NCBI GenBank assembly: GCA_016748015.1
Contig: JAAOMT010000586.1
Coordinates: forward strand, 476,293-540,292
DNA length: 64,000 nucleotides
Direction of reading: 5' to 3'
Source of the DNA: Geosiphon pyriformis uo1
Lineage: Eukaryota > Fungi > Glomeromycota
Position 1 is the first letter of the stretch. Each line of letters opens with the position of its first letter. The notes beneath the pieces are model-generated. The model saw only the letters and a program-made list of their open reading frames with translations. It made no database searches and had not been told where the DNA came from. The translations under genes and the position numbers were made by a program. This document shows, piece after piece, positions 1 to 12,585 of this stretch.

Positions 1-2389
1 TAAGTTCTTGAGTTTCCCAGTTCAGGTTTGCATTGGCCTTGAAAAACCAATCATTTCCGACTAGAGCTTGATATTGGGGTGCATCCATAACAAGAACTTT
101 AACTGGAATAGTGATTCCATCAATTGTAAAAGGAAGTTATTAATTTCTCTTACTGAAGTCTTCTTTATACCATTAGCTGTAACAATAACTGTTTGAGCTG
201 GTTTGTTTACATTTCATTTGAGTTGTTGCATCAGCTGGTAAGTGATGATATTTCCAGCTGATCTACTATTTAAGATTAAGCAAATGGGTTTTCTTTCTAC
301 TGTAGCTTCTGTGTACAAAGCAGTAATTGCTTTTTGTTCATTGACTGCTGCATTACTAAGCAGAAAAAGTGATTCATTTGCTTCAAATTCAAATGGAAAT
401 ATATCTGACAGATTGGCATTTTGGGCAATTTGAGCTGGTGGAATGATATGATTGGAAGGGTTTGATCTTGGTACTGAAACTTCATCTTCAGAAAGTGCAG
501 TTTGTTGAAAATCCGATTTCTCTGGTATTGTAAGATAACTGGGTTGAGTGTGATAGTGATTAGGTCTTTGCTGACCAGAATTTCGGGGAACCAACTGGTT
601 ATTTGGATTGATTCTGTTGTGGTTACTCTGCAATTGATTTTGGGGTGTGAATTGGTTATGTTGAACCAATCTTCTTGCTGGTACTTGATATTGTTGAGTG
701 GATGGTGTCTGATATGGCTGAATTGGTAAAGGTTGCTGATATTGTTGCTGCATTGGTTGTGGAGCTGGTGGATAGTAACTGTTTTGATTTTGTAGTCTTG
801 GTAAATAATAGGTTGGTGGTGGAGATTGATAATATGATTGTTGTGGTGAAGAGTAACGTTGATTACTCCTGTTTTGTTGGTCTCTTTACAGTTTTCTGCA
901 ATCTCGTTTTCAGTGTCTTGGAATTCCACAATAATGACAATTTTGAGGTTAGTTGTTAGAAGGTGATCCAAAATTGTTTTGGTTGCGTCATTGTGGTGGT
1001 TAATATCTTTGTGGTTGTTGCTGCTGTTGTTGTTGGTTTGTAAAATAGCTTTCAACTTTCTTTGTGAGTTGGTCTATCTTTTCTTCAGCTGCTAAGCTGG
1101 TTTCTCCAATTGCAAGATTTACAAGCTTGGTGTGATTTGCTTCTTCTATTGCCATTTCATAGCTCTTTACATGTCTAATAGCAGTTGCTAAGTCTGCTGG
1201 AGCATGTGGACAGACTTTCTTAATCAGTTTGTCTTTTAACCCTGCTATAAACTGATCCAGAATTTGAGCATCAAAATAGTAATCATTGGTTTCCAATTGT
1301 TAGATTCATCTGAGAAGTTTGTTAAATCTTCTAAGATAAGTTATAACAAATTCAGATGTTTCTTGTTTGATATTGTGAAAGCAGTTTCTGAGAGTGATAG
1401 AGGTATTGTTGTTAATGAATTGTTGTAGAAAAGCATCTTTGAATGCTTGCCAGTTTTCAAATTCTAAATTTTCAAATTATTCTCCTGCTGTTCTTTAGAG
1501 AAAGTAGGGAATTGCTTTGAGCATTCTTGCTACAATCCAACCATTAGCATCTCCTGCTTTTTGAACTTTGTCAAGCCATTCTTGAAGACTGGTATCATTG
1601 TCTTCACTAGTGAATTCTGGGATTTTTGCAATGTAAGCAGTTGTCATTTCTTTTTCGTTTTCTGTAATTTCTTCTGGTTCTGATTTGGTTTCTTCACTTT
1701 CCAAGCTTTCTGAATGATTACTTTCGTTTTCCTGTAAGTAATCAATGATATTAGCACTTGTTGATATTGGTTCTTGCTGTTGAGTAGGGTTTCTAGGTGA
1801 CTGAAAATCTTCTGGTCTAGAGAAACGGTTGAGTGGTAAATTTGGTGTTTGTGGTTGAACAAGTGAAATTGGAAATGGTGTAATAGAAAGTGGTAATTTG
1901 ACACTAGTTCCTTGTTCAGGTGTTTGCAAGTGTTTGGCAGGTGTTTTTTGTAGTGTTGGAGTGTTTGGAATGGTTCTTAAGTATTGTTTCAATCTTTGTT
2001 TGTCTTTGTTGCTTGTTTCTGTCTCTGATTCAAAGTCAAAAGAGTATTTAGACTGTACTGGATATTTTTTTTCACAATACTCAATAATGTTAAAATTAAG
2101 TTCTTGGAAGTAGGTAGCAAGTATTTCACTGTTCAGGTTTTCTGTTTCCAATTGTGAATAGTGCACTAAATTATTGTAGAGGTTGCTTCTAACTTCTGAA
2201 ATGTTGTAGTTTCCAAAAAGATAATTGTTGATATGGTTTTTAATGTATTGGTATACTGATTTCTTGACAACTTCAATTCCATCTGGAATATTGAATCTTT
2301 GCTTGCAGTGGGTGTAAATTGACTGGTAATACTCTAGAGTTGCTGTCTCTGGTGTGGTCACTACTTTGAATTTGTTGTTGCTGTGTTAT

Positions 2390-2407
2390 TTCTGTGGGAG
2401 AGCACCA
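2390..2407 (-). promoter_or_regulatory. Primer-binding site of copy A1 (TGGTGCTCTCCCACAGAA)
   Basis: Begins TGG 2 nt after the LTR end and is complementary to a tRNA 3' end ...GGGAGAGCACCA; nearly identical to 58069-58086. Confidence 0.85.
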
Positions 2408-2409
2408 AA

Positions 2410-3382
2410 TATTACCAGAGGTTTTTGGTTTCTTTTTTTGAATGTTGTTACTGTTTGTCTGTTGTTAATTTCACGTTTTCTGGAAGCAATTGAACTTTCA
2501 ATAACTGAATTTATCTTCAAATTATCTCCTATAATTTGAACTGCTGGACTTATGAAGGGAATGGCCAATTTCTTGCCAGTTATTTTATGTAGTTACATTG
2601 TAGTAAACATCAACTCTTTCTTAGGAATTGCTTATCTAGAAGCTCACTAAAAATGTGTAGTTATTTTGCTGTGAAAATCAACTCTTCTACAGAAATTTTG
2701 TCTGTAGGCTACCCTAATAATTGTAATAAGAAAAGAAAAGAAAAATAAAAGAAATGTAAAAGAAATAGAATTTTATCAAGAGAAATGTTTTCTATCCAGG
2801 CCTAGAGTCACTAACAGTTTATTGAAATTGGTAGCTAATCAATTTCAAAACGTTAGTTGGGTTTTGGGGATTTTCTAAGTGCAATAATTAAAGAATTTGG
2901 TTTTTCGAATTTATTTGATATTTATTTTTTTTTGTGTGTATAGAAATGGTTCTAAGTGATAAATTTAAAGTAAGATACATTTTCTTGAAGAGAAAAGCTC
3001 TTCTTTTATACAGCTTGTTGTAGTACTAGTCTATGAACTTGCACTTTTTCTCTTTGCTCAAATTTTGGCAAATTAAAGATATATTTTGATGAACTACAAG
3101 TTATTTTGCTGAACTATTGATTAATTTGGATGAACTATTCATAATTTCGGCGAATTTCTGTAAATTTCGGTGAATTTTTGAATATTATAAAGTTCAGAGT
3201 ATTGTGTAATTTGATCATCCTACTTTCTGTTATACTAATTAGATTATTTTGATTGAATTGTGATATGTGATAATTGATTAAATAATAAATGATAATTTGA
3301 AATAATATTAATATACTAATTAATTATAAGAATTATAAGGGTAATTTCATGCTAATTAATAACTAAAATTCTACTGGTAATA
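2410..3382 (-). repeat. Family A 5' LTR (~970 bp)
   Basis: Reverse-complement match to 57091-58066 and 9441-10410; termini are mutated versions of TGTTAC...GTAACA. Confidence 0.9.
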
Positions 3383-6300
3383 ACATCAACAAAAGAATTG
3401 CCTACTTATTAAGAACAACAACAAATACTGAATTAGCAAAGGAAACTTTTTACAACGAATTAATCCAAAACAGCAGCTTACCAACAAACTATAATTTTAC
3501 ATTCATTATCACTGAGATTAATAAAAAAATTGAACATCACACACAACAGAGATATCCAATCACCTATGCAAGTAAAGGCAAAGGAAAACTACAAATACTG
3601 GCAGTAACACCCTAACGTATTCAACCACCCACTTGGAAAAAACACAGAATTGAATCACCTACAAATCTATCATATCATTATACTCCTGGAAGTGCCATCA
3701 ATATTGCAGTAGCAGGCGTGTTTACATCAAACGCAATATTAACATTTGGACAATTTTCATTTCAAAGTAAACAAAGAAAAGAAGACCTATTAGGACCATA
3801 TGGCGCGTATTTTGAAGAATTTAAATCATGATCGCCAACACCATCAGGATTTCGATCACTGTCATCTCAACCAGATTTCGGAACTGCAAGTCTTTGGGAA
3901 GTCACAGAATTGAAAGAAGAACAAGAAGAAAAGGAAAAAGAATCTGAGGATCAGGAATTTATTTACCAAAACCTGATCCTAGAAAATCCAAAATTTGAAA
4001 CCCCAAATGTTCAAACTCTGAAACATCTAAATCTAGAAAATCTGGAAATTGAAACTCCGAATTTTCAAATGCAGTACAATCAAAACAATCAAAACCCTAA
4101 CATTAATAATCAACAACACTTATCTCCAGTAATTGGGATCAATCCATCACCAGCTCCACCAAATGCTGAACAACAACAACAGTCACAACTGCTACCTCAA
4201 CAAAACCAGCAGCAACCACAACAACAACCAATGGCTTATGCTCCAATCACCAAAATCAAGAAATTTACTGGGGAAGAAAACAACACCCAAGTATGGCTCA
4301 ATGATGTGGAAAAAGCCATTGCAGTCAATGAATGGAACAATAACAGAATCCTTTAAGTGATTCCCTATTTTCTACAAGATACTGCCAACTCATGGTATCA
4401 GAGCTTAGACATTAAACCTTAAACATTTCAGGAATTCAAAACTGCATTTTTGGGATATTTTAGTAATAATAACAGTATTAATTGCTTAACCAATACCTTC
4501 ACCACAATTAAACAAGGAGAAACTGAAGCAGTTACCACTTACTTAGGACACTTCCATAGAAATCTGCGCCAAATCTAAGCAATTGATGCCAACTATTTCA
4601 CAGTGCCACAGATCCTCAACCAATTTATCTGTGGTCTGTGCAGCAGCATTTTGCAACATGTACATCTGTTGTATCCAGGCACTTTTCAAGACACAGTTAC
4701 ATGCACCAGAGATTTTGAATCAGTTGAGTCAGAAGCCAACCATGCCCAAGCCATTAATCTAGTAATGAATAAATCATCTGAATTGGATTCCAAATTGAAA
4801 CAATTCAGTGATTCACTTAATCAGAAATTGGAGGGATACTTAGTTGACAATTGTCCAATTTATCAGTCTCTTCAATAACATAATAATCAGGGAAATGTGA
4901 ATTGTTTCCAAAATCAGTCGCATCCATCATCATCAACAAATCAGCCATGGCAACAAGAAATGTGAATTTGCCACAACTGTAGTAAACAAGGTCACCTTAG
5001 AGCCAATTGCTATGCTTATAGTAACCAATGATTGGAAAATTAATATCAAAACCCCAATCACCAGTTCCCAATTCCGAGTTACCAATCCAATCCAGCCCCA
5101 TATCTACCAACTTACCTGCCAATGACACAACAGCCAATATATCAACCACCCACATATCAACTTCTAGTTTATCAACCACAGCCACCAATAATATATCAAC
5201 CACCACAGCCACAAATAATTTATCAAACATCCATAGTTCAAACACCACCATCAAATCCAGCTCAAATGACATTAAGAAACCCTAGATCAAGAGTTATCCA
5301 AAACTGGAGATCGGCAATAGTTGTTTACTAACCAATCCTTAATTCATCCAACCAGCCATCAAGATCATGACAGAGGAGTTCAAGAACTGGGTATACTCAA
5401 AACCTGAGTTCCCAGAACTATTTAAGTCTTTTGGTTACCTCAGAAAACACTTCACCCAACACTTGGGAACCCAAACAGAAGCAATCATTTACCAATATTC
5501 CGTCAGCCACTGTCACAGAAGACAAGTCTCTAGCAGCTATATTTCTTTTCAAAATCGAGGAACCAACAGAAACCCCTTTGTTCAGTGAAGCTGCACTCGA
5601 GAAAAAACCTATTATGGTAATGTACATGGATGCCAAAATTGATAGTCAGTCTATTAAGCTGATCCTAGATAGTGGATCAGTGGGCAGTATTATCACAAGA
5701 CAGCTCATGAACCAATTAGATCGCTGAGTTGATTGAGCTGCCAGTGCAAAAATAATCACTGCTGATAAAGCCACCAAGACTCCAATTGGTGAAATAGATA
5801 ACTTGCCCATAGAAATCAATGGTATCACAGTACCAATCAAGATATTAGTCATAGAAACTACCTAATACCAAGCACTAGTAAGTAATAACTAGCTGTCCAA
5901 AATCAACGCAACACTCAATTGGAACACTTAAGAGCTCCAGCTTAGCCAGAATAGATAACACACATGTGTACCAGCCATGTGTGATTATTTCAAACTCATT
6001 ACCATGCCATCAGCTCCATTTATCGAATTCGAAGAAGAAAAAGAAAAAGAAAAACCTATCTGAGAAGTGTACCAAGTCTCTTGGGCCAATGAAGACCACA
6101 ATGAGTTACCACTGATACTTTCTTGGAACAACAAGGGAAAAAAGAAGGAAAACAAAGAACTTACCTAAAATACTAACCAAAACTGGGAAACTGATAATAA
6201 CCAAGATGAACCAGCAAACTGGAAGTAAGAAGAAATTGATAAGAGAAAGGGAAAGGAGAAAGATAAAGAAACCACTCTCACCAGCAGCACGTATAGTTTA

Positions 6301-7199
6301 TATGCTTACACTTTAGCACCACCATCCAATTATCATTAACCAAAATTGGAATGCATTGATTGTGGCAAAAAATTGTCATCAATAGATGCATGCTGTGGCG
6401 ATGACAAGGAATACTCCATGGCCACAAGCTTTTACTGCTGCCCATACATCATAGAGCACTTTGGACGACCAAAATGACAAGAAAAGTGGGATAACCAATT
6501 ATGTCTCACATGTGAAACTATTTTACCTGACAAAAGAATGTGGAATGACATTCCTGGGTGTGGAAGAACGTATAATGAGACATGCCAGTACACCATACTG
6601 ATAAATAATTGGGTAAGCAAAGAAACACCAATCAATGACACCTGGAAATGAGCGTTGCAATGATTGGAAGAATATTCTCACAATGAAAATAAACTATGGA
6701 GAATGGCATATGCGAAAGCAGAAGGTGTGACCACTAGTGAATTATTAGAAATTAAAAACAACCCTTTATCTCTTCCTAAACCCGAATATGTCCAAACTTT
6801 TGATGTCTTTGGCAACATTAAAGATGACCCAGAAGAATTTCATAAACATTACCAGTGTTTGGCATCTATTAGGGAAGAACAGGAGCAGCATTTAGAGCAG
6901 TTGAACACTCAATTATATTAACATTGCTTAATTCTCTGTGACTTTCAGTATTGTAATAAGTGTGACCTTATTTACAATCTACCACCATGCATGATCTACA
7001 CAATCCCAGAAAAAGATGAACCAATAAGCAACTGCCCATCAGAATCGGAATCAGTTTTCAATCCTGATTCAAACTCCGACAATGACAACAACAAAAACAC
7101 TGGTTCCAGCTCTGTTCAAAATAACAACAAAAACAACAGCAATTGGGACTCTGATTTAAACCCAGAAATATATATCACACTCCTTGATCTCACCAAGGA

Positions 7200-7640
7200 G
7201 CAGACCTTGAAATGGTTCAATGATAATGAAGAAGGGATCATGCCAGAACATGCACATGATACTGATACCAGATTTGATCTGAGGTATCCAGAGAAAGATG
7301 TCATCAAATTAGAGCCACATTTGTGCATCTGTATCGATCTGAAAATAGCATTGGAAATACCAGCAACAACTATGGTTCAACTAGCTTTCAGAAGTAGTTT
7401 AGCAAAAAGAGAGATTAATATAAGAGAAGGAATAATTGACACCAGATATGTAAAAAATATAATGGCAATGCTACAAAATAACTCAGAAAAGACCTATATA
7501 ATAGAACCAAATGAAAAAATAGCACAGGCGATATTCCTGTCTCTGGTTAGAGTAGTTCAGTTAGTATCAATAAAAAAAAGGGAAGAATTAGGAATAACAG
7601 CTAGAGAAATATAGGGATTTGAATCAACAGGTAGAATAAA
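7200..7640 (+). pseudogene. dUTPase domain in family B pol
   Basis: Trimeric dUTPase motifs, all mutated: AHDTDTRFDL (I), RSSLAK (II), GIIDTRY (III), EKIAQAIF (IV), REI*GFESTG (V). Confidence 0.9.
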
Positions 7641-9440
7641 TATACCAGTTAATATGGCAAAAGAAAAAAAGATTGACCAAGGAGAAATTATTTCAACCAG
7701 TCAAGTAATTTCCATTCCATCATATGACCAGTACATAGTAATTATAGAGAGAAAAGTAAAAGATAAGAATCAGATTTTTGAAGCAGAAACAAGCCTTTGT
7801 GAATCAAGAGAGATTGGACTCATTAATCTCCACATACCAGCCAAAAACCACAACCATATCAAAATTTCCATTTACAACACCACAGGAGATATTATCATAA
7901 TACCAGAAGAAATTATCATTGGATACATAAGCACTAAATTAGAAAATTAACCACCAAGCATTATTCCAGATTTTTCACAGCTATGCAGATATGTAGATAT
8001 TATGTCACAAACAATCTATGAATGAAATGAATGTTATTTGCTCCAACCAGAATAATTGAAACAAATAAACATATAAAATTTGGATTCACTTCAATATATA
8101 CAACTCAAGATATTACTCAACAACTTCAATAACATTTTCGCTAGTGAAAACAAATTTGGCAGAACTGACATCATCCAACATCAGATCAAGACTGGAGATG
8201 CTATGCCAATCAAACAATAAGCATACAGAGTACCACCAGCCAGCCATGAAATTATCCATCAAAAGATCAACTGAATGCTTAACAACGGACTAATTCAGCC
8301 ATCTATGAGCCTATGGTTATTACCAATGGTACTTGTTCAAAAGAAGAATGGAAAGATCAGATTTTGTGTGAATTACAGAAAACTCAATGGAGTTACCCGT
8401 GGAGACAGCTATCCAACTCCACAAATTCAGAAGCTATTCAATGCTTTTGGAGGAAATAAATGGTTTTCAATACTGGATCTAGACAGTGAATACTGACAAG
8501 TAGCCATGGATCCAGCAGACAAAAAAAAAATGGCTTTTATGATGAGAGAAGGGAATTTCGAGTTTGAAGTTATGCCATTCAGCTTGATGAATGTTCCAGC
8601 CACATTTCAACGGCTAATGAAAATAGTATATACTGGATTATTGTGGAAATCAGTAGTCATTTATTTAGATAACACCAATATGTTTTCCAAAACATTCAAT
8701 GATTATTTGCATTATCTACAACAAGTGTTTGAAAAACTATGATAAGCAAGGCTAAAGTTAAATGCCAATAAGTGCTTCTTTGGTAAGACAGAATTAAACT
8801 TTTTAGGGCACATAATAAGCAAAAACAGCATTAAAACAGATTCAAAAAAGATAGAGATAGTCAAGAACTTTCCAGTACTAACTAATGTAACAGAGTTGAA
8901 GTTATTCTTGAGATTTGCAGGCTATTATCAATGCTTTATTAAAAACTATTCTAAGATAGTCCAATCACTCAATCATCTCCAAACCAAAAATGTGAAATAC
9001 AAATGGACAGAAGCACAACAAGAAGCTTTTGATATTCTAAGAAGAAAGCTTATACAAGCTCCAGTACTGATTTATCCAGATCACAATAAACCATTCATTA
9101 TTATTACCAATGCATCAGGCCAAGCATTGGAAGCAGTATTATCACAGAGAGGACTAGATGGAAGAAAACATCCAGTTGCATATGCCAGCCGAGGTTTAAC
9201 TCCAGCTGAAAGAAATTATGGAACACCAAAACTAGAACATTTAGCAATTTATTGGGCAGCCATGAAATAGAAAGAATACTTAAGCCAGAAGTTTGAGGTG
9301 TATACAGATCACAAAGGATTGACATCACTCCAAAAACAAGAATTTGGAGATGGCAGACAATCCAGATGAAAAATAGCACTCTCACCATATATTTATATCA
9401 TACATTATAAAAAGGGAAAAGACAATGGAAATGTGGATGG

Positions 9441-10410
9441 TGTTACCAGACAAAATTAAAGATATTGCTTAGCATAAAATTACTTTTATAATTCTTATCA
9501 TTAATTAACATTTCAAATTATCACTTATTATATTAGCAAAATATCCAAAATTATTATTTAATTAAAAACCCAATTTGTACATAACACAAATGTAACCTAA
9601 TTGCAATGATTAATTATGCAATATCTCGAAATATGTAACATTCAAAAAGTTTGCCAAAATTTGTAGAAATTTGCCGAAATAATTGATAGTTCACCAAAAT
9701 ATCTAATCGTTTGCAGAAATAACTTGTAGTTTGCCGAAATGTAGCTTTAGTTCAGCAAATTGTAGAAAAAAACAAAGTTCAAGTTCATAGAATAGTGTTA
9801 TAACAAGTTGTATAAAAGAAGAGCTTCTTTCTTTGAGAAAATGTATCTTACTTTAGATTTATCACTTAGAACCATTCTTATACACACAAAAAGAAATAAA
9901 TATCAAATAATTCGAAAAACCAAATTCTTTAATTATTGCACTTGGAAAATCCTCAAAACCCAACTAATGTTTTGAAATTAATTAGCTACTAATTTCAGTA
10001 AGCTGTTAGTGACTTCAGGCCTGGATAGAAAACACTTCCCTTGATAAAAATCTTATTTCTTTTACATTTCTTTTATTTTTCTTTTCTTTTCTTATTACAA
10101 TCATTAGGGTAGCCTACAGACAAGATTTCTGTAGAAGAATTGACTTTCACAGCAAAGTAACTACACATTTTTTAGTGAGCTTCCAGATGAGCAATTCCTG
10201 AAAAAGAGTTGACATTTACTACAATATAACTACATAAAGTAACTGGCAAGGAATTGGACATTCCACTATAAACCCAGCAGTTCAAATTATAAGAGATAAT
10301 TTAAAGATAAATTCAGTTACTAAAGGTTTAACCACATTCAGACAACATGAATTCACAACAAACAGGCATCAACAACATTTAAGAAAAGAGACCAAAAACC
10401 TTCAGTAACA
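9441..10410 (+). repeat. Solo LTR of family A with 4-bp TSD ATGG
   Basis: TGTTACCAGAC...CAGTAACA matching 57091-58066; ATGG at 9437-9440 and 10411-10414; no PBS follows. Confidence 0.95.
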
Positions 10411-10500
10411 ATGGTTTGTCACAAATAAGACAAATCTAAGAACATTTTAACCTAAAAATATAACAAAACCAAACCAAATCCAACGAAAATATAACAAAAG

Positions 10501-11805
10501 ATAAACACACAAAAATACCAACAATTCAAACATTATATAGATACTCAACAGTTCAAGGAGAAATTATCTCAATCAGAACAAAATAGTATTAAACAACAAT
10601 CGAAATACTTTATCACTTACCAAAACATACTTTATTGGAAAAATAGACAAAATCCAGATCAACCAACTAGAGTAGTTACAGAACCAGAGAAAAAAACAAT
10701 ACTGTTCAACATGCACTCAAATCTAACAGCAGAACATTTCCACAAAGAAGCAACTATAAAAAGAACCAGAAAAAGATACTATTGGCCATCAATGTATCCA
10801 GACATTATCTAATATGTCCAAAATTGTGATTCTTGTCAAAGAAAAGAAAGAACAAAACCCAGTAAACCACTGAGACCAATCAAAGTGAGACAACCATTCA
10901 ATCACATTGGAATTGACTCAGTCAGACCATTAACAATTACCAGCAGAGGAAATAAATATATTGCAGTAGCCATAGACTATCTCACTAAATGGCCAGAAGC
11001 AAAAGCAATTCAAAGAGCGGATGCAGAATCCATTGCCAAATTCGTTTATCAAGATCTGATTTGTCAACATGGATGTCCAAAAGAATTATTATCAGACCAA
11101 AGAACTCACTTTGTGAACAGAACACTAGCAGAATTGAGCCAAAGATTCGGAATTAAAAAACCACTATCATCACCATATCATTTATAAACAAATGGTTTAG
11201 TTGAAAGATTTATTAGAACATTGTGTAAAGCAATTGCCAAACTCAGCCAAGAAAACCAGGACGAATGGGATTTGTTTATACCATTAGTACTATTTGCTTA
11301 TCAGACAATAAAGCAAGACACTACACAAGCAACACCATTTAAATTAGTATATGGTAGAACAGCAACATTACCAGTTAAGATAGAAGTCAACACTTATCTA
11401 ACAGAACCAATAACAGAAGAAAATTTCCAAGAGACATTGTTAAGAAAAACATATAACTTAATAGAAATATTTGAAAACAAACAAAGAAGAGCAGCTGATA
11501 ACATACAAAAGTCACAAGAGAAACAGAGAAAAAGACATGATAATCAACTACCAAACAAACCAGTTGAATTCAAGATTAAAGACAAAGTACTTCTACATCA
11601 TACTAAAGTGGAAAAACAATGGAGTGGAAAATTTGACCCCAAATAGGACAGACCATTCCACATTGAAGAAATTCTTGGAAATAGAGCTTATAAATTAAGA
11701 TTGAACAACAAAATTTTGACCAAAGCAGTACATGGTGATCAACTGAAACCATATCACCAAATAGCATCATCATCCACCAATAACATTCCACAATTAGGAG
11801 TATAA
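10501..11805 (+). pseudogene. Family B integrase (HHCC zinc finger, DDE core, GPF/Y-type tail, no chromodomain)
   Basis: MHSNLTAEHF...YYWPSM...CDSCQR; GIDSV...SDQRTHF...NGLVERF; KFDPK*DRPFHI at the C-terminus. Confidence 0.9.
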
Positions 11806-12026
11806 TGAATACTAGTTCAACCAGACAAGATTCCATGAGATCTGGAACCAATCATAATTATTGGACCAAACACATAAAATCAAACAATAAAAGAGTATAT
11901 AAAGACACAGTATATGTAACAAAGGCAACCAAGAAAAATAGAAATACCAGATCATATTCACATAATAGCTCAACAATTGTTTCAGGCTTTAAGTTAACAA
12001 CAGTTAGATATGGAAATTATCATTAA
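11805..12026 (+). CDS. Small basic accessory ORF of family B, unknown function
   Basis: 73-aa ORF whose ATG overlaps the integrase stop (TAATG at 11803-11807). Confidence 0.4.
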   Translation: MNTSSTRQDSMRSGTNHNYWTKHIKSNNKRVYKDTVYVTKATKKNRNTRSYSHNSSTIVSGFKLTTVRYGNYH

Positions 12027-12573
12027 TAACCAAACAATTTGCTATCAAAACACTAAAAAAAAGACAAAAAATACACCATATCAGTGTTTACCAAAGCATG
12101 ATAAAAACTGGTCAGATAACATAATTGAAAAAATAAAGAACACTTTTGGAAAATTACCTATTATGGCACCAACAGAAGAATTTACAAAAGAGAATTGGAA
12201 GCAATAGACAGAACAACTTCTAATATCATATTGTTACTACCAATTAGGTCAAAAGTTGAATATTCAGAAATTGTATATTGACAAATTCAAGAAAGTATTT
12301 AACCAAAACATAATACAGCAAATTGAAGAATTCATTGGAAAAAAGATGAACTCAACACTATATGTGAGAACAATTTATTGACTACACAACATATTTCAGA
12401 ACTATCTAGAAATACTGTTACACTCCGACATAGAAACCATATCCATTAACCAATGAGGAAGAATGAACAATACACAAGTAAAAGATGTGAAAAACAGAGT
12501 CGAACAAACAATACTTGAAAAAGAAATATTAAAATTAATTCAAAACAAAGATTTTAATGGAGCTCAATATTAA
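12010..12573 (+). pseudogene. ~187-aa accessory ORF between integrase and PPT, unknown function
   Basis: The frame continues through three transition-type stops (MEIIINNQ...SYCYYQLGQKL...FNGAQY*) and ends at the PPT. Confidence 0.6.
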
Positions 12574-12585
12574 AGAAGGAGATAA
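12572..12585 (+). promoter_or_regulatory. Polypurine tract
   Basis: AAAGAAGGAGATAA immediately before the TGTTAC of the 3' LTR. Confidence 0.8.

Larger units (their letters stand above)
1..3382 (-). mobile_element. Ty3/gypsy LTR retrotransposon family A, copy A1: 5' LTR, PBS, gag and protease; degraded and running off the left edge
   Basis: ORF pieces 1495-2361, 1000-1296 and 214-753 align with gag/protease of the copy at 57091-64000 (e.g. YYQSIYTHCKQRFNIPDGIEVVKKSVYQ, DAQILDQFIAGLKDKLIKKV, LILNSRSAGNII vs LILDSGSARSII). Many transition-type stops. Confidence 0.95.
3383..10439 (+). pseudogene. Family B gag-pol pseudogene (gag, protease, Cys-rich domain, dUTPase, RT, RNase H), interrupted by the solo LTR at 9441-10410
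   Basis: Colinear ORF fragments 3910-4356, 4603-4878, 5431-5727, 6664-6921, 6991-7614, 7654-7950, 8275-8742 and 8896-9270. The motif KGKDNGNVDG|LSQIRQI* rejoins across the LTR. Confidence 0.9.

Noticed and set aside
297-1055. Long alternative-frame and antisense ORFs over TE coding regions
   Set aside because: Shadows of low-complexity Q/P/N-rich gag sequence with no domain signal.
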